In this document: piece after piece, positions 9,014 through 17,936 of the stretch
How positions within the stretch are numbered: the stretch's first letter is position 1
How the letters are laid out: every line of letters starts with the position of its first letter
DNA from: a virus
Lineage: Duplodnaviria > Caudoviricetes
Virus record (IMG/VR): IMGVR_UViG_3300020172_002336
Location: 1 to 62,525 of that record
DNA length: 62,525 nt
Strand: one strand, 5' to 3'
The notes under the pieces: generated by a model
What the model saw: only the letters and a program-made list of their open reading frames with translations
What the model was told of the DNA's origin: nothing
Database searches by the model: none
Made by a program: the position numbers and the translations under genes

Positions 9014-9240
9014 GAAACACTCTCCGGACCTACCCTACGAGAGATCGGTGCTTGCATGAAGTTCGGCACGCGTTGTTGCGCGTCGCCATGGACGGCAGTT
9101 TGTATTTACTCGATAGCGTGTATAACAAAGGGCCTCCCGAAGACAACATTACCTTTGCGGGTCATCGGCCGTTGATCCTAGTGCGCCAGCAGCCGTTACC
9201 CACTACGTTTTTAGAATACGAATGGAAAATACCTAATTGA
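8941..9240 (+). CDS. Hypothetical protein
   Basis: GGAGGT SD before ATG 8941 within the 8746-9240 ORF. Confidence 0.55.
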   Translation: MAYHGCAYWRQDTRTPGVIRWEVIGNTLRTYPTRDRCLHEVRHALLRVAMDGSLYLLDSVYNKGPPEDNITFAGHRPLILVRQQPLPTTFLEYEWKIPN

Positions 9241-9265
9241 CATCGTAATGTCTAGAAGGTAGAAA
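9229..9265 (+). promoter_or_regulatory. Sigma70-type promoter upstream of RHH gene and DNA polymerase
   Basis: ATACCTAATTGACA, 17 bp, TAGAAA. Confidence 0.6.
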
Positions 9266-9292
9266 CCATTACCCTCAACACACGGAGCGAGT

Positions 9293-9535
9293 ATGTCCGG
9301 ACCCGGGCCAGATAAGCGACCCTTCAACTTCTACATCAGCCGTCAGCATCTGGCGATCGTCATCGCCGAGGCGAAGAAACAGAAGACCACGAAGACGGCG
9401 ATCCTCACCGAGCTTCTGGAGGTGCTTAAGGCGCGTCGTGAGCGGCGAGGCGACCCGATCCCGCGACCGGCCCCAAAATACAACGCGCCGTGGTTCGCTG
9501 AGAAGAAGGTCAAGCAGCCGAAGGCTAAGAGCTAG
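9293..9535 (+). CDS. Putative ribbon-helix-helix DNA-binding regulator
   Basis: KRPFNFYI beta-ribbon followed by helices (AEAKKQKTTKTAILTELLE), Arc/CopG-like pattern. Confidence 0.65.
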   Translation: MSGPGPDKRPFNFYISRQHLAIVIAEAKKQKTTKTAILTELLEVLKARRERRGDPIPRPAPKYNAPWFAEKKVKQPKAKS

Positions 9536-9570
9536 CTCAAGCAGGGGTCACCCTGTCGGGAAGGTACGCT

Positions 9571-12500
9571 ATGGCGAGACGATTGATTGGACTCGACTTC
9601 GAGACCCACTACGACAGCAAGTTCTACACGCTGCGCAAGATGGACATTCCGTCATACATCTGCGACCCGCGTTTCGAAGCTACGCTCGTTGCCGTCAAGG
9701 AGGGCCACAATCCGGCGTTCATTGTCGACGGACCGGACATCCCCCGTTACCTGCAGGGGTTAGGCGATCCGAAGGACATTACCCTCTACGGGCACAATCT
9801 GATGTTCGACGCTTGCATCGCGTCGTGGATCTACGGCTGGCGTGCTGGGCTTAACATCTGCACGCTGGCGCTGGCCCGCCAAACGATCCAAGCCTACTGC
9901 AGGTCGTTGTCGTTGAAGTCCGTACTTGAGTATCTTCGCCTGCCAGCCAAGGGCGGGTTCCTGTCCATGGTGGATGGGATGCGCCGCGACGACATCATCG
10001 CTGCCGGGTTCTGGCAACAGTACTGTGAGTACGCGGTGGGCGACATCGACGGCGCGTACGGCATCTACCAGCAGCTAGCACCTCTGGTGCCGCCCGAGGA
10101 GCACGTCATCGCTGACATGGTGCTGCGCATGGCGACCGAACCGTCGTTCGATCTGGACCAGCCTCTGCTGCAGGCACATCTGGACGACGTCATCGAGAAG
10201 AAAGAGGAGATGCTGGCGTTCGCCATGATCGGCGGCTCGCTCCGCGGCAAGGAAGACCTCATGTCGAACGACAAGTTCGCTTTGGTCCTCCAGTCGCTGG
10301 GTGTCGACCCTCCCACCAAGATGTCGCCTGTCACCGGCAGGCAGGCGTGGGCGTTCGCCAAGTCCGACGAGGGTATGAAGGAGCTACAGGAGCATCCGGA
10401 CCCCGTTGTGCAGGCAGTTGTCGCGGCTCGGCTGGGGCACAAGACCACGCTGGAAGAAACCCGCACGGCTCGGTTTCTGAATTGCAGTACCCTAACGTTC
10501 CCGGCCTATGGCGTGGGTAAGTTCCCCGTACCCTTGAAGGTAAGCGGGGCGCATACTCATCGGTTGTGTCTGGTGGGTGAAACAATTATTTGCACTTTGC
10601 GGGATAACCGTGTAGTGTACGATCGTCTTGACTGCCTACGCGCTACTGATCTGGTGTGGGATGGCGAGGCGTTCGTGGCCCACGGGGGACTAGCCTATGC
10701 CGGACGAAAGCGAGTTATCACTCACGACGGTGTCACAGGGACGCCCGACCACCGGGTCTTTACCGGGAAAGGGCAACTCGCGCTGGCACTTGCAAAGGCG
10801 CAAGGCGAGGACATTACTCGTGGAGGAGTTCCTGATCCGGCACGGGTCGAAACGACTGTGCACAGGGGAGATCACGTATCATTCCAGAGTGGAATTCCAC
10901 TGCAGCAAGTGCGGGGCCGTTTGTCGGGCCATGTGGAAGGATCTAACGAACCGAGACCGGGTGTTGTGCAAGTCGTGCGCGATTACCGCGCGCATGGCGG
11001 GCGTGAAGCCCTCCACCAAGATGTTAGCCGCTTCGGCCAGACAGAACGTAGACGAAGCTGCCAAGGCGAGAGCGCGGCGGGTAGTGTTACCCTTGCAGGC
11101 AAGCCAGCCGCTGACACGGGAAACGACACGTTCGCAGGCGCGTCGTTTGTCGGTGAGTTGGAGCCCTTCGGATTGGAAGACCGCCTTGACGACGGCTACT
11201 CGTGTGTTCCAGCGATGCACCAACCCCCGCATATCGAGCTACCCGTACTACGGCGGCAGGGGGATCGAAGTCTGGTTTGCCTCGCCAGCGTTGATGGCGG
11301 ACTGGTTGCTGAAAAACTTAGGACCACGACCGCTGGGCCAGTCGCTCGATCGGATCATGTCCAACGGACATTACGAGCCGGGGAACTTACGTTGGGCGAC
11401 GAAGGAAGTGCAGATGAAAAACCGCAATTCATGGAAACATGGGACATAATCGACTGCGGACCTCGCAACCGCTTCATGGCTAATGGCCGCCTTGTTCATA
11501 ATAGCGGTGACTGGAAATATAACGCGCAGAACATGCGCCGCGGCGGCAAACTTCGTAAGTCTCTCAAGGCACCACCCGGCCACACGGTCGTGGTCGGCGA
11601 CGAAAAACAAATCGAAGCGCGCATGGCCGCCGAGTTCAGCGGGCAGGCCGACCTCGTCGAGCAGTTCCGACTGGGCGTGGACACCTACGCCGCGATGGCG
11701 ACCAAGATCTTCGGGTTCGTTGTCGATCGTAAGGTTCACGTGCCGCAGGGGTTCGTCGGTAAGACATGTCTCGGCGCTGACACTCTGGTGTTGACAGATA
11801 GTGGATGGAAGCCTATCCCATACATCTTGGCTTCCGACAAAGTATGGGACGGTATGGCGTGGGTGACGCATCAGGGATTGATCTACCAAGGGGTGAAGCC
11901 GGTACTGACGAAGTACGGCGTGACGGCAACTTCGGACCACGAGATCAGTTTGGGAAGTTCGTGGCTGGAGTGGAGCGCGGTATGCGCGGACCGCCGCCTT
12001 TTCCAGTCGGCAGTCGCGTCGGTTCGTTTACCGTGCTCGGCTACGTCAACCACAAACAAGGCTGGCACCCAATCTGCCAATGCGAGTGTGGGCGAGCGGG
12101 CCGCGTCGACCGGCACAACCTCAAAAGCGGCAAGTCAACTCGGTGCCGTAAATGTTTGGGCGCGAGGCACTCTAAGAACTTTGCACTGTACCGCGACATC
12201 CTGCCTGACGATGCTCACAGACGCCGTCTCGCCAACCGCATCAGGGCCTGCATTGACAGGTGCCACAACCCAAAGAACCGGGTTTACCGCGGCTACGGCG
12301 GGCGAGGCATACACGTCCACGAAGCATGGCGTACTAACATCGGCACGTTCTTGGCCTACGTGCAGTCGTGCGCGGGCTGGGATGACCCGGCTCTCCACAT
12401 GGATCGAACAGATAACGAGAAAGGTTACGAACCGGGCAACATTAGGTTCGTTACCATCACAGGAAACAACCAAAACCGAAGGGAGGTTTGGAAGCTGCAG

Positions 12501-13242
12501 CTTCGCATCGACGAACTTGAAGCCCGTCTACGACATTGCAAATGCGGGGCCGAGACATCGGTTCACGATCCTGACTGATGAAGGGCCGCTGGTTGTCAGC
12601 AACTGCGTGCTCTCGGGCATGTACGGTGTTGGGCCGCCGAAGTTTCGTAGCTCGGTTATTCATCTGTCCAAAGAACAGACCGGCACGAGGATCGACGTCG
12701 ACGTTGATCTGGGGCCGACCGTTACCTCGGAGACCATCATTGAAGCCTACCGTCGTGAGACGTGGGCGATCACTGAGATGCGGAAGCGGCTGAACAACTG
12801 CATCCCGCTGATGGCCCAGCCCGATTGTAACTTCTTCGTCGGGGCAGTGCAGTTCCTCTACCAGAAGATCAAGCTACCAAACGGCCATTACCTCTACTAC
12901 AATAAGCTACGTTTCGACGACACGTCAGGCAGTTGGATCTACGAGTACGCCGGACGCTGGAAACGCATCTACGGCGGTGCTCTTTTGGAGAACATCATTC
13001 AGGCGCTCGCGCGTATCGTGACCATGCACGCGGCGCTGCGCCTGCGCCCCGATCTGAGTAAGTACAACTGGAAGCTGGCACTGCAGGCGCACGATGAACT
13101 CGTCTTGATAGTTCCGAACGACCACGTGGACTGCGCCAAACAACGCCTCAAGGAAGAACTTACCCGGCAGGTAACATGGATGCCCAACCTGCCGGTCGAT
13201 GCTGATATTGGATCAGGCCCCACATACGGAGATGCGAAATGA
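9571..13242 (+). CDS. polA: Family A DNA polymerase with 3'-5' exonuclease, interrupted by two inteins (about 632 aa after splicing)
   Basis: ExoI LDFET, ExoII HNLMFD, ExoIII YAVGD; HTHRL|SG; motif A DEKQIEAR; motif B KT|CVLSGMYG; motif C AHDELV. Confidence 0.95.
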   Translation: MARRLIGLDFETHYDSKFYTLRKMDIPSYICDPRFEATLVAVKEGHNPAFIVDGPDIPRYLQGLGDPKDITLYGHNLMFDACIASWIYGWRAGLNICTLALARQTIQAYCRSLSLKSVLEYLRLPAKGGFLSMVDGMRRDDIIAAGFWQQYCEYAVGDIDGAYGIYQQLAPLVPPEEHVIADMVLRMATEPSFDLDQPLLQAHLDDVIEKKEEMLAFAMIGGSLRGKEDLMSNDKFALVLQSLGVDPPTKMSPVTGRQAWAFAKSDEGMKELQEHPDPVVQAVVAARLGHKTTLEETRTARFLNCSTLTFPAYGVGKFPVPLKVSGAHTHRLCLVGETIICTLRDNRVVYDRLDCLRATDLVWDGEAFVAHGGLAYAGRKRVITHDGVTGTPDHRVFTGKGQLALALAKAQGEDITRGGVPDPARVETTVHRGDHVSFQSGIPLQQVRGRLSGHVEGSNEPRPGVVQVVRDYRAHGGREALHQDVSRFGQTERRRSCQGESAAGSVTLAGKPAADTGNDTFAGASFVGELEPFGLEDRLDDGYSCVPAMHQPPHIELPVLRRQGDRSLVCLASVDGGLVAEKLRTTTAGPVARSDHVQRTLRAGELTLGDEGSADEKPQFMETWDIIDCGPRNRFMANGRLVHNSGDWKYNAQNMRRGGKLRKSLKAPPGHTVVVGDEKQIEARMAAEFSGQADLVEQFRLGVDTYAAMATKIFGFVVDRKVHVPQGFVGKTCLGADTLVLTDSGWKPIPYILASDKVWDGMAWVTHQGLIYQGVKPVLTKYGVTATSDHEISLGSSWLEWSAVCADRRLFQSAVASVRLPCSATSTTNKAGTQSANASVGERAASTGTTSKAASQLGAVNVWARGTLRTLHCTATSCLTMLTDAVSPTASGPALTGATTQRTGFTAATAGEAYTSTKHGVLTSARSWPTCSRARAGMTRLSTWIEQITRKVTNRATLGSLPSQETTKTEGRFGSCSFASTNLKPVYDIANAGPRHRFTILTDEGPLVVSNCVLSGMYGVGPPKFRSSVIHLSKEQTGTRIDVDVDLGPTVTSETIIEAYRRETWAITEMRKRLNNCIPLMAQPDCNFFVGAVQFLYQKIKLPNGHYLYYNKLRFDDTSGSWIYEYAGRWKRIYGGALLENIIQALARIVTMHAALRLRPDLSKYNWKLALQAHDELVLIVPNDHVDCAKQRLKEELTRQVTWMPNLPVDADIGSGPTYGDAK
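10567..11502 (+). mobile_element. Intein 1 (312 aa) in DNA polymerase
   Basis: Starts CLVGET, block B GTPDHRV, ends TWDI...RFMANGRLVHN followed by Ser; removal restores HTHRLSG. Confidence 0.93.
10820..11449 (+). CDS. HNH endonuclease nested in intein 1 in the +1 frame (ORF open from 10697; start uncertain)
   Basis: CSKC...CKSC zinc ribbon, RCTNP...YPYYGGRGIEV...LGPRPLGQSLDRIMSNGHYEPGNLRWAT...Q..NR. Confidence 0.88.
   Translation: MEEFLIRHGSKRLCTGEITYHSRVEFHCSKCGAVCRAMWKDLTNRDRVLCKSCAITARMAGVKPSTKMLAASARQNVDEAAKARARRVVLPLQASQPLTRETTRSQARRLSVSWSPSDWKTALTTATRVFQRCTNPRISSYPYYGGRGIEVWFASPALMADWLLKNLGPRPLGQSLDRIMSNGHYEPGNLRWATKEVQMKNRNSWKHGT
11767..12603 (+). mobile_element. Intein 2 (279 aa) in DNA polymerase motif B
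   Basis: Starts CLGADTLVLT..GWKPI, block B TATSDHEI, ends PVYDI...GPLVVSN followed by Cys; removal restores GKTCVLSGMYG. Confidence 0.93.
11982..12578 (+). CDS. HNH endonuclease nested in intein 2 in the +2 (-1) frame
   Basis: GGAG SD 6 nt before ATG; CQCECG...LKSGKSTRC..C, RCHNPKNRVYRGYGGRGIHV...W, MDRTDNEKGYEPGNIRFVT...N..NRR. Confidence 0.9.
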   Translation: MRGPPPFPVGSRVGSFTVLGYVNHKQGWHPICQCECGRAGRVDRHNLKSGKSTRCRKCLGARHSKNFALYRDILPDDAHRRRLANRIRACIDRCHNPKNRVYRGYGGRGIHVHEAWRTNIGTFLAYVQSCAGWDDPALHMDRTDNEKGYEPGNIRFVTITGNNQNRREVWKLQLRIDELEARLRHCKCGAETSVHDPD

Positions 13243-13520
13243 CGAGCCAATCCGACACGACCGCGACGCCGAGCACTCTCAAGGTCCGCACGAAAGTGTC
13301 CGCCGCTGAGAAGCAAGCCAACTACGACCGCGCCTACGAGACGCAGGTCAAGCAGTTCTGCTTCCAGCAGGCAGCGGAGCACAGCCTGACAGACGGTGCG
13401 GCCAATCCGAAGGCCCCTCCGATGGAGGCGATCCTCCAGAACGCCGACCTCATGTTCAAGTGGTTCAAGAACGGCACCGTGCCCGCGGCCAGAGCCGCCA
13501 GCATCCACGCGCTCAACTAA
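13239..13520 (+). CDS. Hypothetical protein
   Basis: ATGA overlap with polymerase stop. Confidence 0.7.
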   Translation: MTSQSDTTATPSTLKVRTKVSAAEKQANYDRAYETQVKQFCFQQAAEHSLTDGAANPKAPPMEAILQNADLMFKWFKNGTVPAARAASIHALN

Positions 13521-13530
13521 CAGGTCCACC

Positions 13531-14259
13531 ATGGCGTTCGAAAGCACCACCGTTACCTTCGGGGGCAACACTTCGGCCAAACCAGCCAACGTGCCGATCA
13601 GCTATTCCAAGATCAAAAACTTCCGGTCGTGCCCCAAGCGACACTTCCACTACGACATCGCGAAGGACATCATCGAGGAACGGTCCGAGCAGTTGGACTA
13701 CGGTGACGCTGTCCATTTGGCCATGCAGAACCGCATCGCCAAGAACATCCCGCTACCTGCGCAGTTCGCGGACTACGAGCCGATCGTCCAGCGGTTCCTC
13801 AAAGGGGCCGACAAGCCCGGAGCGCAGATCTTGGTCGAGCAGAAGTTCGCCATCGACAGCAACTTCCAGCCCTGCAAGTTCTTCGACAACAAAGTGGTGA
13901 TGTATCGCGCCATCGCCGACGCGATCAAGATCATCGGACCAGTGGCGCTGAACAACGACTGGAAGACCGGCAAGGTCAAGGACGACCCGCTGCAGATCCT
14001 GACCGCGGCAGCCTGCATCTTCGCGTTCCATCCGCAGGTACAGGTCATCCGCAACGAGTACGTCTGGCTCGAAGCCAACCCCATCCAGATCACCACGGTC
14101 GACCTGCGCCGGGATCAACTTCCACAGCTTTGGGCGGACATCATGCCCGAGTTCGAGACGTATCGAGAGGCGATCCGCACGGGCACGTTCCCGCCCAAGA
14201 AGAACGGCCTCTGCCGGTCGTACTGCAACGTCACTAGCTGCCAGTTCCACGGCGGATAA
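13531..14259 (+). CDS. PD-(D/E)XK Cas4/AddB-like exonuclease
   Basis: SYS..KNF..CP, G.AVH, EQKF, D...DWKTGK, C-terminal CRSYC...C. Confidence 0.9.
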   Translation: MAFESTTVTFGGNTSAKPANVPISYSKIKNFRSCPKRHFHYDIAKDIIEERSEQLDYGDAVHLAMQNRIAKNIPLPAQFADYEPIVQRFLKGADKPGAQILVEQKFAIDSNFQPCKFFDNKVVMYRAIADAIKIIGPVALNNDWKTGKVKDDPLQILTAAACIFAFHPQVQVIRNEYVWLEANPIQITTVDLRRDQLPQLWADIMPEFETYREAIRTGTFPPKKNGLCRSYCNVTSCQFHGG

Positions 14260-14260
14260 C

Positions 14261-14557
14261 GTGACCCCCGAAGGTAAGGTCAAGGCCAAGGTCAAGGCTC
14301 TGCTCAGCAGGTTGGGTGTCGAGTACGACATGCCGGTCCGGAACGGCTTCGGCAAGCAGCAGCTAGACTTCTGCCCTTGCTCGGTCGATGGGCATCTACT
14401 CATCATCGAGACCAAGGCACCGGGCGAGTGGCTCACGCCGCTGCAGAGGACAACAGCGCTGCGCTGGCTCAATACCGGAGCCAGCGTATTCGTCGTGTCT
14501 AACGAGGCCGGACTTAACGCATTGGCGTGGTTCATAGCACGCAGACGAGGACATTAA
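14261..14557 (+). CDS. VRR-NUC domain nuclease / resolvase
   Basis: TPEGKVKAKVK..L, LDF, IETKAPG...TPLQ. Confidence 0.88.
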   Translation: MTPEGKVKAKVKALLSRLGVEYDMPVRNGFGKQQLDFCPCSVDGHLLIIETKAPGEWLTPLQRTTALRWLNTGASVFVVSNEAGLNALAWFIARRRGH

Positions 14558-16071
14558 TGACTGCACAACTGCACGTGCCGTGGCAACAAGCAGTCGCGAA
14601 CCTGTTCCCGGGCGCACCCGTACAGGACGGCAAGATCATCCTGCCGTACGGGGTAGCCGAGACGACGATCCTCAGGCGTCTTGGTATGCAGGTCGAAGCG
14701 CCTGTGTTGTCGCAATACAAGTTCACCGGCACGCGGCCGCCGTTCGGCGTGCAGCGCACCACCGTCGAAATGCTAACGATGAACACGCACTGCTACGTGT
14801 TGTCAGGCATGGGTGTCGGCAAGACGGCGTGCCCGCTGTGGGCGTTCGATTACCTGCGAGGGCAACAGATCGCCCGCAAGATGCTGGTGGTTGCCCCGCT
14901 GTCGACGCTCAGCTTCACATGGATGGCTGAGATCTTTCAGATCCAACTCGGGCGCACAGCGGTCGTGTTGCACGGCAGCCGTGCCAAACGTCTCAAGCTG
15001 TTGGCCGAGGACCACGACATCTACATCATTAACCACGACGGCATCGGCACGATCTATCCGGAGCTATGCGCGAAGTTTGGCAAGAAAGACATCCTCACCA
15101 TCGACGAGCTTGCGACCTACCGCAACCCCGGCCCGCGCACGAAGATGATGAAGAAATTCGCCGAGCATTTTGGTTGGGTATGGGGGATGACGGGTGCCCC
15201 TACTCCCAAGGAGCCTACCGACGTCTGGAACCAAGCGAACATCGTTACCCCGGCGCGCGTACCCAAATACTTTGGGCGCTTCCGTGAGGAACTGATGTAT
15301 AAGATCACCAACTTCAAGTGGCTTCCAAAGGAAGGCGCGGCGCAGAAGGCGTACGAGGCGATGCAGCCGAGCGTGAGGTTCACGCTGGAAGACGTGGGTG
15401 AGCTACCGCCGTACATATCTCGCCGCATCGACGTGGACCTTGGGGCCAAGCAGCGACACATCTACGAGGAGATCCGCAAGTCGTGCATGGCTATTGTCGG
15501 TGCCGACACGGTGACAGCAGCCAACGCTGGAGTGCTCTTGAGTAAGCTCCTCCAGATCAGTTTGGGTTACGTCTACTCCGAGAAGAAGGGCATCATCACC
15601 CTCGACAACCAGAACCGGCTTAACACGGTGGTCGACTTGCTCGGGTCCGGCTGCGGTAAGGCGTTGATCTTCACTTCGTTCAAGCACTCCCTGCAAGGCG
15701 TCGCCGACGCAGTTACCTCCGCGGGTTACCGCACGGCGATCGTCTCGGGAGATACACCAGCGGCAGAACGCAATCGTATCTTCGACGCGTTCCAAAATCG
15801 TGACGAACTCGACAACATCGTGGCGCATCCGCAGTGCATGGCGCACGGCATCACGATGACGGCAGCGGACACTGTGCTGTGGTTCGGCCCGCACACGTCG
15901 TTGGAGATTTACGATCAGGCCAACGCACGTATCCGCCGCACCGGCCAAAAGAAGAAGCAGCAGTTCCTCCATCTGCAGGCGACCCCCGCGGAGAAGAAGA
16001 TCTGGTCCATGCTCATCGCTCGTCAGGACGTGCAGAGCCAGTTGCTCAAGCTGTTCGAAGACGAAATGTAG
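14557..16071 (+). CDS. SNF2-family helicase
   Basis: GMGVGKT, VVAPLS, IDEL, MTGAP, HGITMTAAD, QANARIRRTGQ. Confidence 0.92.
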   Translation: MTAQLHVPWQQAVANLFPGAPVQDGKIILPYGVAETTILRRLGMQVEAPVLSQYKFTGTRPPFGVQRTTVEMLTMNTHCYVLSGMGVGKTACPLWAFDYLRGQQIARKMLVVAPLSTLSFTWMAEIFQIQLGRTAVVLHGSRAKRLKLLAEDHDIYIINHDGIGTIYPELCAKFGKKDILTIDELATYRNPGPRTKMMKKFAEHFGWVWGMTGAPTPKEPTDVWNQANIVTPARVPKYFGRFREELMYKITNFKWLPKEGAAQKAYEAMQPSVRFTLEDVGELPPYISRRIDVDLGAKQRHIYEEIRKSCMAIVGADTVTAANAGVLLSKLLQISLGYVYSEKKGIITLDNQNRLNTVVDLLGSGCGKALIFTSFKHSLQGVADAVTSAGYRTAIVSGDTPAAERNRIFDAFQNRDELDNIVAHPQCMAHGITMTAADTVLWFGPHTSLEIYDQANARIRRTGQKKKQQFLHLQATPAEKKIWSMLIARQDVQSQLLKLFEDEM

Positions 16072-16090
16072 TTACGAAAATAAACTACAA

Positions 16091-16127
16091 ATACTTACTT
16101 GACAATCCCATTACCCTGCTCTAGGGT
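16091..16127 (+). promoter_or_regulatory. Sigma70-type promoter
   Basis: ATACTTACTTGACA, 17 bp, TAGGGT in an AT-rich intergenic gap. Confidence 0.6.
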
Positions 16128-16154
16128 AATGGTGGGTAATGAGAGGACCCTCAA

Positions 16155-16580
16155 ATGACCGATGTAGAAAATACTACAGCGCCTCCCGTTGACGTGGAGA
16201 AGCTGATCAGCAAGTACGTCAAGCTGCGCGACATCGTTAAGGCGAAGAACGACGCGCACTCCGCTGCCATGAAGCCGTACAGCGAGGCGATGGCGGGCGT
16301 GGAGAACATCCTGATGTCGGTGCTGGACGCCAACAGCCTGTCCAACATGAAAACCGCAGCGGGCACCGCTTCGATACTCGACAAATGGAGTGCGGTGGTG
16401 GATGATCCGCTGGCGTTCCGGACGTTCTGCATCGAGCACGATCAGTTGGATCTCGCCGACGTGAGAGCGAACGTGACCGCCGTCAGAGATTTCAACGAGG
16501 CCAACGGCGCGTTACCTCCCGGGGTTCGCCTGTCTTCTTTCCGGAAAGTCGGCGTTCGCAGGGCGGGCAGCACCGAGTAG
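16155..16580 (+). CDS. Conserved phage replication-module protein
   Basis: KYVKLRD...KT.AGTA...LPPGV pattern; GAGG SD. Confidence 0.75.
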   Translation: MTDVENTTAPPVDVEKLISKYVKLRDIVKAKNDAHSAAMKPYSEAMAGVENILMSVLDANSLSNMKTAAGTASILDKWSAVVDDPLAFRTFCIEHDQLDLADVRANVTAVRDFNEANGALPPGVRLSSFRKVGVRRAGSTE

Positions 16581-16632
16581 GCCTGCCGCCAATCCCCTAC
16601 TACCAGTAGTTTCTAACGCAGCAGGAGTAAGT

Positions 16633-17874
16633 ATGTCCTCAGAGATGATGATCCCCGCGGGCTTCGGCCTTCCTTCCACGAAGCTGGCTGCTTCGCAGGT
16701 CTCCCCCAGCGACCTTGGTGCTGGCATCGGCGCGGCTTTCGCCGTCATCAGCTACAAGGGTAAGGTCTGGTCGATCAAGCACCGCGGCGACAGCAAGGCG
16801 CTCATGCGCGCCGACGGCACCGGCCCGCAGGGGACGATCGAGACCGTCATCGTCAAGGCGTCGCCTGTTATCAGCAAGATCTTCTACGCCAACGGCTTCA
16901 AGGAAGGCGATAACGCCGCCCCAGACTGCTGGTCGGTGAACGGCGCTAGCCCGGACCCGGCTTCGTCCGCCAAGCAGTCCACGACCTGCGCTGGCTGCCC
17001 GAAGCACGCATGGGGCTCTCGCATCACCGAGAGCGGCAAGTCCGGCAAGGCTTGCAGCGACAGCAAGCGCCTCGCGCTCGTCCCCGCTGCCGACATGAAC
17101 AACGAACTGTTCGGTGGGCCGATGCTCCTGCGTATCCCTGCAGCGTCGCTGCAAGGTCTCAGCCAGTACAGCGCCGCCCTGCAGGCGATGGGTCATGCGT
17201 ACTACGGCGTCGTGACCGAGATCGGCTTCGACTACAAGGAAGCCTTCCCGCTCCTGACGTTCAAGGCCAAGCGTGTCCTCACCGAGGCAGAGGTCGACGT
17301 TCTGCTTGCGCTCCAGAACAGCGAGGTCACCAACCGCATCATTAACGAGGCAGTCGACCATGTGCGGGCGGAAGTTGCCTCTCCGGGTAACGTCGCCGCT
17401 GTCGCTGGCGTGGCACCGGCTGTGCCCGCGACCGCTGCTCCTGCCCCAGTGGTGGCCACTCCGGTCGCTGCTCCTGCCCCAGTCGTGTCCGTGACCCCGG
17501 CCCCGGTTGTACCGACAAGCACGGCAGTCGCGCCCAACCCGTTTGGTGGGGTCGCTGCCCCGGTCGCTGCCCCGGTCGCTGCCCCGGTTGTTGTCGCCCC
17601 GGCAGTATCCGTACCGACCGAACTCACGCTGGAGCAGAAGTTGGCTGCCGCCGAGGCCAAGCTCGCGGCTATGGCGGCGGGCGCGGCTGCGCCGGGCAGG
17701 ACCCGCAGGGCGCGTACTCCTGCGCCGTCCCCGGCTCCCTCTGCCGACCCCAACGTCGTCGTAGCGGAGCCCGTCGTACCCCAGCAGGTAACCACGGCCC
17801 CGCTGCAGTCCCCCGTGAACCCGCAGGCGATCACGGATCTCGAAGCCCAACTGGACGCTCTCACTGGTGTCTAA
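16633..17874 (+). CDS. Putative ssDNA-binding/annealing protein with Cys cluster and Ala/Pro/Val-rich tail
   Basis: PDCWS..G..PD, CAGCP...WGS, GKAC...RLA, LRIPAASL; strong codon bias; position before primase. Confidence 0.6.
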   Translation: MSSEMMIPAGFGLPSTKLAASQVSPSDLGAGIGAAFAVISYKGKVWSIKHRGDSKALMRADGTGPQGTIETVIVKASPVISKIFYANGFKEGDNAAPDCWSVNGASPDPASSAKQSTTCAGCPKHAWGSRITESGKSGKACSDSKRLALVPAADMNNELFGGPMLLRIPAASLQGLSQYSAALQAMGHAYYGVVTEIGFDYKEAFPLLTFKAKRVLTEAEVDVLLALQNSEVTNRIINEAVDHVRAEVASPGNVAAVAGVAPAVPATAAPAPVVATPVAAPAPVVSVTPAPVVPTSTAVAPNPFGGVAAPVAAPVAAPVVVAPAVSVPTELTLEQKLAAAEAKLAAMAAGAAAPGRTRRARTPAPSPAPSADPNVVVAEPVVPQQVTTAPLQSPVNPQAITDLEAQLDALTGV

Positions 17875-17889
17875 CAGTTGAAGACTACT

Positions 17890-17912
17890 GGCCGGGGCAC
17901 CAAGCCCCGGCC
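17890..17912 (+). terminator. GC hairpin, possible terminator or processing site
   Basis: GGCCGGGGC-accaa-GCCCCGGCC 9-bp stem; weak U tail. Confidence 0.45.
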
Positions 17913-17936
17913 CACTTCAATTGTGGGGGGCGAGAC

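Noticed and set aside
10567-12603. Group I introns or sequencing frameshifts as the explanation for the polymerase insertions
   Set aside because: The polymerase frame is open throughout with complete intein termini and nucleophilic +1 residues; two pairs of compensating errors are unlikely
13531-14259. CRISPR Cas4
   Set aside because: Solo Cas4-like exonuclease in a standard phage replication module; no array or other cas genes
16111-16129. TTACC...GGTAA at the 16091 promoter as a copy of the palindrome
   Set aside because: Spacer is 9 nt rather than 6, so not counted
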